64,000 nt of DNA from a virus. Below are positions 16,309 through 24,655 of this stretch, one piece after another; position 1 is the stretch's first letter, and each line of letters opens with the position of its first letter. The stretch lies in IMG/VR virus record IMGVR_UViG_3300021437_000013, positions 1 through 64,000 of that record; one strand, 5' to 3'. The translations under genes and the position numbers were made by a program. The notes beneath the pieces are model-generated. The model saw nothing but the letters and a program-made list of their open reading frames with translations, made no database searches and was not told the origin of the DNA.

Positions 16309-16317
16309 TAACAACTA
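16309..16317 (+). promoter_or_regulatory. late promoter motif TAACAACTA
   Basis: Exact motif at the head of the terminase operon. Confidence 0.8.
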
Positions 16318-16335
16318 CTACTAAAGGATTAAAAC

Positions 16336-16560
16336 ATGGACTTAAGAGAATGTAAAATATGTAATCAGGTTAAGCCAAGACTTACACTTGGATTATTCCC
16401 AAATGGCAGAGCGCCTAAGTATGCAGATGAACATGGTAAGCTTTGGAATGGACTTGTATGCCCATCGTGTACTGTAGATAGAGCTAAAGAAACTATGAAG
16501 ATTACAAGAAGCAATAGAAAGCTGGCCGCTAAGATTGAGAAAGATAATGAAATTAGATGA
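16336..16560 (+). CDS. small zinc-finger protein
   Basis: CKIC...CPSC followed by a basic helix. Confidence 0.7.
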   Translation: MDLRECKICNQVKPRLTLGLFPNGRAPKYADEHGKLWNGLVCPSCTVDRAKETMKITRSNRKLAAKIEKDNEIR

Positions 16561-16909
16561 TATCAAATTGATTAATACTCCTAACCCTAACCAATACTTT
16601 GATAAGGATATCTTAGAGGAAGAGATTAATCTATTAGCTTTAGCATTATACAAACTTATTATTGCCTTAAACAATAAAGAAGATATGATACATGAAACTG
16701 ATGATATGCAGCTTAGATACATTATCAGTGAAGATTATGCCGCTATTGCTAAAGACTTCCTTAAGCTTGCAGACCAAGTAAAGATACGAATAGACTTATA
16801 CCATGAAATGTGTGACGAATTAGGATTACCAAAGGAAATAGATTATGTTAGACTTTATAAACAACTTGAGAAGTTTCAAATCATTAATCAAGATTTTGAC
16901 AATTGTTAG
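16547..16909 (+). CDS. hypothetical protein
   Basis: Coupled ORF in the late operon. Confidence 0.6.
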   Translation: MKLDDIKLINTPNPNQYFDKDILEEEINLLALALYKLIIALNNKEDMIHETDDMQLRYIISEDYAAIAKDFLKLADQVKIRIDLYHEMCDELGLPKEIDYVRLYKQLEKFQIINQDFDNC

Positions 16910-17117
16910 TGTGGCCGTAGCGGTTATTAAACCAATTGCAGCAATAATAGCTATTGCATTATTAGGTTATAGTATTGTTATGCGAATATTAGACCATAAA
17001 GAGAGTCAAGAAATCAATTCTAAGGTGGTTAATAGCCTATTAGACGAGATGAAAGAGATTAGGACGCACGTTTCATCAATTAAGTTAAAACTCGGCTTTA
17101 AACCGAACAAGGAGTAG
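16845..17117 (+). CDS. small membrane protein with coiled-coil tail
   Basis: Two hydrophobic segments and a charged C-terminus. Confidence 0.55.
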   Translation: MLDFINNLRSFKSLIKILTIVSVAVAVIKPIAAIIAIALLGYSIVMRILDHKESQEINSKVVNSLLDEMKEIRTHVSSIKLKLGFKPNKE

Positions 17118-17119
17118 TT

Positions 17120-17506
17120 ATGGATATAGATAGTAGCTACATTGAAAAACAGAATGAAGTATTATTAGCACTTAATAATAAAATACTAAAATTAGAGATG
17201 GAGAAGAGGGCACTAGAACATAAGCTTACAGAGATGACTGCTAATGCTCCAACTATTAATAGTCTTGATATATTTGATATCACTGATGAGGAAACAGTAT
17301 GCCTTACTCAGATAGCTTTATTAAGAGGTCTTGCCTTACAAAGAGAACTGTCTACAGAAGAAACTAAGAGATTCGAGGTTTATCATAAAGCTATGAATAA
17401 CTTAAGAGGTAGAAAGAAAGAGGAAGAGAAAGTAGACCTTAAAGATATTGATAATGACAACCTACTACAAATATTAGATGGCACTATAGTTAAGAAGACC
17501 GAATGA
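17120..17506 (+). CDS. probable terminase small subunit
   Basis: Helical 128-aa ORF overlapping the start of the large terminase. The call is positional. Confidence 0.45.
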   Translation: MDIDSSYIEKQNEVLLALNNKILKLEMEKRALEHKLTEMTANAPTINSLDIFDITDEETVCLTQIALLRGLALQRELSTEETKRFEVYHKAMNNLRGRKKEEEKVDLKDIDNDNLLQILDGTIVKKTE

Positions 17507-20052
17507 GCAAACCAACAGCTAAACAATTAACCAGACAAGAGCTTATCCATGAAATGTGGAGAAGGGGAAACTTAGTATATAAGATGCATTCAGTACAAAG
17601 AGAGATGTACGAAACTTTAGAATCTGCAGCTCCCAATTCTGTATTAGTTTGGATGACGTCCAGGCAGCTCGGCAAATGCCTAGAAGAGAATACTTTGGTA
17701 GCTACTCCACAAGGTTCAGTAAAGATAAAAGATATACAAGAAGGAAGCATTGTATATGGGTATGATGAGAAAGGTAAGATTACTCCTACTGAGGTTATAA
17801 AGGTTCATAATCAAGGTAAAAAAGAAGTAGTGGATTTGATGCACAGAGGGAGAGTAATCGCTACGGCCACAGACGACCATAAATGGTTAGCTTGGGATAG
17901 CTACAAGAATAAAGAAGTAGAAATAACCGCCAAACAACTTACGGGATATCCTAGATATAAAATTAGAAGAGAGTATTTTGATTATGTTGGAGGTAGTATT
18001 CATGAACCGCACGCTTACACTCTCGGGGCTTTATTGGGTGACGGGTACGGAAAACATAATAAAAGTTCAATGACTCAATTATGTGTATCTTCAAGAGATG
18101 ATAAAATTCCCGAGGCTATTTCTAGAGAATTAGGGTGTTTTTACTGGAAAGCAAAAGGTAATAACTTCTCATATATACTAAGTAACACTTTTAAGCCTAT
18201 GACTAAAGGTAAAACTTATGATTTAATGACTATAAACTACTATAAAGAGTGGTGTTCTGGTAAAAAAGCACATGAGAAATTTTGTGATTATGAAACAATA
18301 AGAACTTGGTCTAGAGAATCTCAAGTTAGATTTATTGCCGGATTAATTGATACTGATGGTAGTATACATCTCTCAGGAAGAGATAAGACGGAGTTACGAT
18401 TTTCTTTAGGTATGCAGGCAGAGACTGTTATACAATGTGTAAGTAAGTTAATGTTAGATTTATGGCAAGCGGAGACTTGTTATTTATTGGATAATAGACC
18501 TAAATATAAAAATGGCCCAGTACATACTATATATTTAAATAATAACTTTTTAGTAAAAAGAATACTAAAAGAACTGTCACCTCATATAGTTACGGAACAT
18601 AAAAAATATAAAGAAGAGTATGATAATTTTCCAGAATATAATCATATAAAAGACTATGTTGGTGTAATTGCTGGAAAAAGGTATGAAGTAAATACTTATG
18701 ACTTAAGTATTGATAATAAAACCCACCTATATTGTTTAGCTAATGGATTAATAACCCACAATAGTACAATGCTATGCTTAATCGCAATAATGGCTTGTAT
18801 AAAGAAGCCTAATAGTATTGTAAAGATACTAACTGATACTAAGGTTCATGCTCAAATGATTCTTGAACCTAAATTCATAGAGGTTCTAGAAGACTGTCCA
18901 GAAGAACTAAAACCTACTTATAATGCTTCTCGATATATGTACCACTTCCCTAATGGGAGTCAAATACAAATGGCTGGTACAGATGCAGGCTCCGCCGAGA
19001 GGTTGAGGGGTGGTAAGTCTGAGCTGGTTTTGGTTGATGAAGCTGCGTTTTGTTCAAAGCTTGAGTATAATATCCTATCAGTATTAGTACCAACTACCAC
19101 CCATACTGGCGGTAAGATTGTATTAGCATCATCAGCACCAGAAGACCCAGACCATGATTTTATTAAGTTTATGGAAAGGGCAGAAATAGAAGGAACTTTA
19201 GTAAGTAAAACCGTATATGATAACCCTCTACTTACTACAGAGAAAATTAAGACTATTATAAAGGGGTATGCGGGGGGTATTGATAATCCTAACTTTAGAC
19301 GAGAGTATTTAAATATCATTGAGAAGAATGAGAAGACAACCGTATTCCCAGAGGTTAATGAAAATACAATAAAAGAGATTACTTCTAATATTCCTCCCAT
19401 GCCTGCACATTATGATTGTTTTGTTGGTATGGACTTAGGATTCAAAGACTTAACGGGCATTGTATTTGCTCATTATGACTTTAGGAATAAGCTATTAGTA
19501 TTTGATAAAGAGATAGTTAAGAAAGGGCCTGAGGTTAATCTTAAAGAGTTACCAGATGAAATATTAAAGGTTGAGAAAGAACTCTGGAGTAATAAGCTTA
19601 CTAATGAAGTTAGAATCCCTACTAAACGAGTATCTGACATTAACCCACTTGTTACTCAAGAGATTGCCAGAAATAGTAATTATCAAGTCATGTTCTACAA
19701 TGCAGACAAGGCACAGCGTATGACTGCTTTAAATGCCTTTAGAGCCGCTTTTCAATCGGGGCAGATAAAGATTAACCCCCAAGGTTGTCCAGTGCTTATA
19801 CGGCATTTAAACAATGCTAAATGGAAGTCTTTGGATGACAAGAGCGACTTTGCTAGAAGTTCAGATGATTCACATTATGACTTAGCAATGGCTGCCTTAT
19901 ACTTATTCAGGGCCGTTAATTTTGATAAGAATCCTTATCCGATTGGTAGTCGTGACCCTAACACTAATCACTATGCTGATTGGCATAGTAAGAATCAATC
20001 CTCAAACGTAAACAAATACAAAGCTCTATTAGGAATCAAAAAAAAGAAGTAG
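17503..20052 (+). CDS. terL: terminase large subunit containing an intein
   Basis: Walker A SRQLGK|S split by the intein, Walker B VLVDEAAF, LASSA coupling motif, nuclease VGMDLGFKD and C-terminal HYDLAMA. Confidence 0.95.
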   Translation: MSKPTAKQLTRQELIHEMWRRGNLVYKMHSVQREMYETLESAAPNSVLVWMTSRQLGKCLEENTLVATPQGSVKIKDIQEGSIVYGYDEKGKITPTEVIKVHNQGKKEVVDLMHRGRVIATATDDHKWLAWDSYKNKEVEITAKQLTGYPRYKIRREYFDYVGGSIHEPHAYTLGALLGDGYGKHNKSSMTQLCVSSRDDKIPEAISRELGCFYWKAKGNNFSYILSNTFKPMTKGKTYDLMTINYYKEWCSGKKAHEKFCDYETIRTWSRESQVRFIAGLIDTDGSIHLSGRDKTELRFSLGMQAETVIQCVSKLMLDLWQAETCYLLDNRPKYKNGPVHTIYLNNNFLVKRILKELSPHIVTEHKKYKEEYDNFPEYNHIKDYVGVIAGKRYEVNTYDLSIDNKTHLYCLANGLITHNSTMLCLIAIMACIKKPNSIVKILTDTKVHAQMILEPKFIEVLEDCPEELKPTYNASRYMYHFPNGSQIQMAGTDAGSAERLRGGKSELVLVDEAAFCSKLEYNILSVLVPTTTHTGGKIVLASSAPEDPDHDFIKFMERAEIEGTLVSKTVYDNPLLTTEKIKTIIKGYAGGIDNPNFRREYLNIIEKNEKTTVFPEVNENTIKEITSNIPPMPAHYDCFVGMDLGFKDLTGIVFAHYDFRNKLLVFDKEIVKKGPEVNLKELPDEILKVEKELWSNKLTNEVRIPTKRVSDINPLVTQEIARNSNYQVMFYNADKAQRMTALNAFRAAFQSGQIKINPQGCPVLIRHLNNAKWKSLDDKSDFARSSDDSHYDLAMAALYLFRAVNFDKNPYPIGSRDPNTNHYADWHSKNQSSNVNKYKALLGIKKKK
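17677..18762 (+). mobile_element. intein with LAGLIDADG homing endonuclease (362 aa)
   Basis: Starts CLEENT, has block B TDDHKW and LAGLIDADG motifs LGALLGDG and IAGLIDTDG, and ends ANGLITHN followed by +1 Ser. Confidence 0.95.
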
Positions 20053-20075
20053 TTTCTAATGTTTTCTCGTCATCT

Positions 20076-20084
20076 TAACAACTA
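20076..20084 (+). promoter_or_regulatory. late promoter motif TAACAACTA
   Basis: Exact motif upstream of GGAG and the ATG at 20101. Confidence 0.8.
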
Positions 20085-20100
20085 ATGGTATGGAGAACAT

Positions 20101-20850
20101 ATGATAAAGAAAACAACCAAGATTCTAGCTGTATCAGTTGCATCAGCTTTACTAATTGCTGCTGCAGGGGTTCAGTTCTCTGACTTCCATAAGAAATTTA
20201 TAAGAAACAAGACTGCACCAAACACAGTTATGGTACTTAACCTTGAACAGAACTCTGGTGGTACTGGATTCTATCTTAAAGTTCCATCTGGCCGTTCAGT
20301 TATTATAACTAATCGTCACGTTTGTGAATTAGAGAAAGATGGTAATATCTTGATTAAAGAAGAGGGCAGTCGCCTTACAGCTATCCATAGAGTAATCACT
20401 ATTAGTAAGAATCATGACTTATGTGTCATTGATGCAAACGGAAAAGATAAGGGATTATCATTAGCTTCTGACATTAGTGTTGGTGATTCAGTATATGTTG
20501 TAGGTCATCCTAACTTACGACCGTTAATTATTACAGAAGGTGATTTAATTGATAAGTCAACTCCAAGTGCAGTTATCCATCACATGATGAAGCCAGAAGA
20601 TGCACCAGAAACTTGTAATGGGAAGATAAAAGAAATAGAGCCATTACCGGGTTTTAAGATTCCTGTTTGTGTTCAATATGATATCAGTTATTATATCTCT
20701 GCTATTTCATATGGTGGTAACTCTGGTTCACCAGTAGTTAATAAATATGGTAATGTTATTGGTGTTTTATTTGCAGGTAATCAAAATGTAATTAACGACA
20801 CTATGATTGTAAGATTAGAAGATTTAAGAGAATTTATCAAGGATTTATAA
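20101..20850 (+). CDS. trypsin-like (S1) serine protease with N-terminal signal or anchor
   Basis: Catalytic triad motifs ITNRHVC, HDLC and GGNSGSPV, plus a hydrophobic N-terminus. Confidence 0.9.
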   Translation: MIKKTTKILAVSVASALLIAAAGVQFSDFHKKFIRNKTAPNTVMVLNLEQNSGGTGFYLKVPSGRSVIITNRHVCELEKDGNILIKEEGSRLTAIHRVITISKNHDLCVIDANGKDKGLSLASDISVGDSVYVVGHPNLRPLIITEGDLIDKSTPSAVIHHMMKPEDAPETCNGKIKEIEPLPGFKIPVCVQYDISYYISAISYGGNSGSPVVNKYGNVIGVLFAGNQNVINDTMIVRLEDLREFIKDL

Positions 20851-20851
20851 T

Positions 20852-22855
20852 ATGTCTAATTCAAATACTTATTTTGCGGATTTAGATAGTAAAGAATGTG
20901 CGGCATTATGTATGCAACGTTCAGCTACATTTTATACTACTTTACAGCGTAATGCCTACCTAGAGAAACTACGTTCTATGTGGTTATTCTATCATGGTAT
21001 TTATGCCAATCTTGGTGCTGATGAGCATCAAATTTCTTTTGGTGGTGAACAAGGTGAGATAGTAAATATCCCGATAAACCATTTCAGAAATATTGCAGAA
21101 CATATTATTAATATGATTACTTCTAACCGTCCAATGATGGAAGCTAGAGCAGTCAATAATGATTACAAGTCTTTATCTCAAGCTAATTTGGCAGGTAGTA
21201 TATTAGATTACTACATGAGAAACAAAGGTATAGAAGACAAGATACATGCCTCGGTTGAAAAAGCCGTAGTTATGGGATGTGGATATATTAAGCTTGAGTG
21301 GAACGCTACAGCTGGAGCAGTTCATGATGTGAACGATGACACTGGTGAATTTATTTATGAAGGTGAAATTGAATGTAGTGGCTTATCTCCGTTTGACGTT
21401 GTAATGGACGGTACTAAAGAATCTTGGGATAATGAATGGCTTATTGCTCGTTCATTTAAAAATAGACATAATTTAGTAGCTAAGTATCCTGAATTTAAAG
21501 ATGAGATATTAGCACTACAAACAAAGTCAGATGATAACCGTTATAGTATTTCAATGTTTACAAATGATAGAACTGATGATATTCCAGTTTATGAGTTTTA
21601 TCATAAAAGAACAGAAGCAAAACCAGACGGCCGTTACATGCTATATTTATCAGATAACATTATCTTGATGGATACTAAATTAGTTTATAGAGAGATTCCA
21701 ATATACAGACTTGCTATGTCAGAGATTATGGGAACTCCATACGCTTACACTAATATGTTTGACGTTTACCCAATCCAAGAAGCCATTAATGGATTAAACT
21801 CTACAATCTTAACTAATCAAAATGCTACGGGTATTCAAAGTCTTTGGGTTCAAAAAGGTTCTGACTTTAATCTTGAATCTGTTATTGGTGGTATGAACTT
21901 AATTGAGTCTGAAACTAAACCAGAACCAATACAACTTACAGCTACTGCACCAGAGACGTTTAACTACTTAAAGAAACTTGAGCAAGATATCGAAACTATT
22001 TCAGGTATTAATGCGGTCACAAGAGGTAACCCTGCAAGCTCACTTCGCTCTGGTAACTCTTTAGCATTAGTTCAGGCGATGAGCTTACAGTATATGTCAA
22101 AGTTCCAAAAGAACTATGTAACTTTTATTGAACAAGTTGGTACTTCTTTATTAAACATACTAAAAGATTTTGCCTCTACCCCTAAACTTATGGAAGTAGT
22201 GGGAAGAAATAACAGAGCCTTTACTAAAGAGTTTACTGGTGATATGATTAAGGATATTAATCGTGTAGTAGTTGACGTTGGTAACCCATTATCAAGAAGT
22301 ACTGCTGGCCGTGTACAAATGGCAGAACAGTTATTACAAATGAAGCTTATTAAGAATCCACAACAATACTTTATGGTAATGAATACTGGTAGACTTGATA
22401 ACATGTATGATTCTGACATGAACCAGTTATTATTAGTTAAGAAAGAAAATGAAGATATGTTAGATGGTAAAAAGGCAACGGCCGCATTATTAGATGCTCA
22501 CCGTATGCACATCATCGAACACCAAGCGGTATCAAGTGATCCAGAGTTAAGACAAAATGCAGAACTTGTTGCTAATCTTTATGAGCACATTCAAGAGCAT
22601 ATTAATTTCTTAAGAACTGCTGACCCGGACTTATTACAATTGATTAATGAAACTCCATTGAATCCACCACAACAAGCAGGCAACCCAATACCACCAGAGA
22701 ATATGCCGCCACAAAGTGCAGTTGAAAATTCTCCAATGAATAATGTTATGAGTCAACAAGGTGGAGCACAACAAAATGCAGGTTCATTACCCGGACTTCC
22801 AAAAGTTGATTCGGCATTATTGCCAAATTCAGCGCTGAACCCTAACCCGAAATAA
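20852..22855 (+). CDS. portal protein
   Basis: 667 aa downstream of terL. INHFRNI..., GCGYIKLEW, SPFDV, QEAINGLNS and ISGINAVTRG resemble P22-type portals. Pro/Gln-rich tail. Confidence 0.85.
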   Translation: MSNSNTYFADLDSKECAALCMQRSATFYTTLQRNAYLEKLRSMWLFYHGIYANLGADEHQISFGGEQGEIVNIPINHFRNIAEHIINMITSNRPMMEARAVNNDYKSLSQANLAGSILDYYMRNKGIEDKIHASVEKAVVMGCGYIKLEWNATAGAVHDVNDDTGEFIYEGEIECSGLSPFDVVMDGTKESWDNEWLIARSFKNRHNLVAKYPEFKDEILALQTKSDDNRYSISMFTNDRTDDIPVYEFYHKRTEAKPDGRYMLYLSDNIILMDTKLVYREIPIYRLAMSEIMGTPYAYTNMFDVYPIQEAINGLNSTILTNQNATGIQSLWVQKGSDFNLESVIGGMNLIESETKPEPIQLTATAPETFNYLKKLEQDIETISGINAVTRGNPASSLRSGNSLALVQAMSLQYMSKFQKNYVTFIEQVGTSLLNILKDFASTPKLMEVVGRNNRAFTKEFTGDMIKDINRVVVDVGNPLSRSTAGRVQMAEQLLQMKLIKNPQQYFMVMNTGRLDNMYDSDMNQLLLVKKENEDMLDGKKATAALLDAHRMHIIEHQAVSSDPELRQNAELVANLYEHIQEHINFLRTADPDLLQLINETPLNPPQQAGNPIPPENMPPQSAVENSPMNNVMSQQGGAQQNAGSLPGLPKVDSALLPNSALNPNPK

Positions 22856-22869
22856 TATAAGGAAATATT

Positions 22870-23742
22870 ATGGATAAATTAAATGCCGCTACAGTCTCAA
22901 AGAAGTTTATGGATGAACTTACTTCGAGAATTAAAAATGGTGAACCTATTGATAGTATGTTATCTCAATATAGCCCCACAGCTATAAGAGACATTCTTGA
23001 GGAAGCTCAAGGTGTTGCAGCAGGTAACAAGAACCCATTAGATTTATTTGAGAAACCAGAACTTATTAAAAGTGTTCCCGTAAATGAAATACCTAATTTA
23101 GCAGACCATGGGGAAGCTTACTTTTATAAGAATGGAGCGCCTGCGAAAATCAATGTAAGAAACTTGGATGATAAAGGAACTCTTATTCATGAATTGCAAC
23201 ACGCTTATGATGCAGCAAGTCAACCTAGCATCCGTGTACCTACTGATATTTCAGATAACCCATCATTAAAAGCATTACAACAGTTGAAATCAGAACTTGA
23301 TATTAACCGTCCAATTAAAAGTGTGTCAGACTTAAAAGGTCTTGAGGAAACAACTCAATTCTTATCTAACCACTTTAAGCCAGATGTTGTAGAGGGTACG
23401 AGCCGTCTTAAGCAGTTAATCAACCTTGAAAGGATTATGAAGGGTGAACCCCTTAAGTCTATAGCAGCAATTGCCGCACCAGTAGCTAAAGGATTAGGAT
23501 TAGCTGGAGCAGGTCTTGCAGCAGCTTCAATTGGTAATAAAGCAATGGCCGGAGATTACTCAGGCGCAGCCACTGACGCAGTTGATTTAGGTACAGACCT
23601 TACACCCGGCGTCTCAGAGGCTAAAATGGCTTTAATGCCGTCTGATATTGGAAGTGATGAATCTATAGAAGACCCTAGTTCTGATGCGTTTAAACGGCGA
23701 TTAGATGCCTTAAACAAGCTCCGTAATCAAGGAAGTAACTAA
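22870..23742 (+). CDS. virion-associated protein with HExxH zinc-metalloprotease motif
   Basis: TLIHELQHAYD, with a Gly/Ala-rich segment further C-terminal. Confidence 0.6.
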   Translation: MDKLNAATVSKKFMDELTSRIKNGEPIDSMLSQYSPTAIRDILEEAQGVAAGNKNPLDLFEKPELIKSVPVNEIPNLADHGEAYFYKNGAPAKINVRNLDDKGTLIHELQHAYDAASQPSIRVPTDISDNPSLKALQQLKSELDINRPIKSVSDLKGLEETTQFLSNHFKPDVVEGTSRLKQLINLERIMKGEPLKSIAAIAAPVAKGLGLAGAGLAAASIGNKAMAGDYSGAATDAVDLGTDLTPGVSEAKMALMPSDIGSDESIEDPSSDAFKRRLDALNKLRNQGSN

Positions 23743-24242
23743 TGTCAACATTACCAAGTAAATTAGACCAAGCACAAGTCTTACAACATGTATTCGATGA
23801 GGATTTAAAGTCTCTTCGAGTCGCTTCATCTGCAACAATAGTTCCGGGTTCGTTTGACGTGGCATTAAGTGCCGCAGATGATACTATTGCCATAGCGGAT
23901 GCCACAAGCGGAGCTAAAGCAGGTGTAACAAGCTCTAATGAACTCAAAGTGCTTGATATTAATTCAGTATTACCTACCACACCAACTATCTACAATGCAG
24001 TAAACTTAACGGCCAATACAGAATATAGCTATAATTACCCAGCAAACACTAAAAAGGTTTATATTAAAGCTCGTAAAGGCATCTTAAAGGTAGCTTATGT
24101 TGTTAATGGTACTATCTCAACCAATAATATCTTAGTTGCTAAAGGTGCAAGTTATTGTATTGAGGGAATTAAGACCTCTGCTACGGTATATTTCTCATCT
24201 TCTTTTACTACTGACACGGTAGAAATCGAAACTTGGGCTTAA
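23742..24242 (+). CDS. putative structural protein
   Basis: Beta-rich ORF in the late operon. Confidence 0.6.
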   Translation: MSTLPSKLDQAQVLQHVFDEDLKSLRVASSATIVPGSFDVALSAADDTIAIADATSGAKAGVTSSNELKVLDINSVLPTTPTIYNAVNLTANTEYSYNYPANTKKVYIKARKGILKVAYVVNGTISTNNILVAKGASYCIEGIKTSATVYFSSSFTTDTVEIETWA

Positions 24243-24252
24243 AATCCACCCT

Positions 24253-24261
24253 TAACAACTA
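24253..24261 (+). promoter_or_regulatory. late promoter motif TAACAACTA (leaderless start)
   Basis: Exact motif with a 5-nt gap to the ATG at 24267 and no RBS in between. Confidence 0.75.
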
Positions 24262-24266
24262 ATAGA

Positions 24267-24647
24267 ATGGGAACTTCTAAAGAAAAACTTACATTTGACA
24301 ATACTGATGCAAGTAATAGTGATACCGTTGGGGCAACTATTATTGGTGCTGATGGTAATATCATTACTGACACGGTAGTTGGCCTTAAAAAAGGGTTAGA
24401 TGTTAATGTTATCAGTGACATAAACGTCACAACAAGTGCAACACCAGAAGAATTAAGCTACATTGACCAATATAGTGATACAGTTTTCTACTTTGGTTAT
24501 GCCGCTATAGGCTCAGTAACCTCTGGTGCAGTATGGAAAATCACAAGATTAACCATTTCTGGAACTATAGTAAAAACTGAGTATGCCGCCGGAGTCTCGA
24601 CGTACACCCAAGTATGGGATAATAGAACAAGTTTAAGTTATTCATAA
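24267..24647 (+). CDS. putative structural protein
   Basis: YFGYAAIGS...AVWKITRL...WDNRTSLSYS, a pattern common in phage virion proteins. Confidence 0.65.
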   Translation: MGTSKEKLTFDNTDASNSDTVGATIIGADGNIITDTVVGLKKGLDVNVISDINVTTSATPEELSYIDQYSDTVFYFGYAAIGSVTSGAVWKITRLTISGTIVKTEYAAGVSTYTQVWDNRTSLSYS

Positions 24648-24655
24648 GGATAAAT

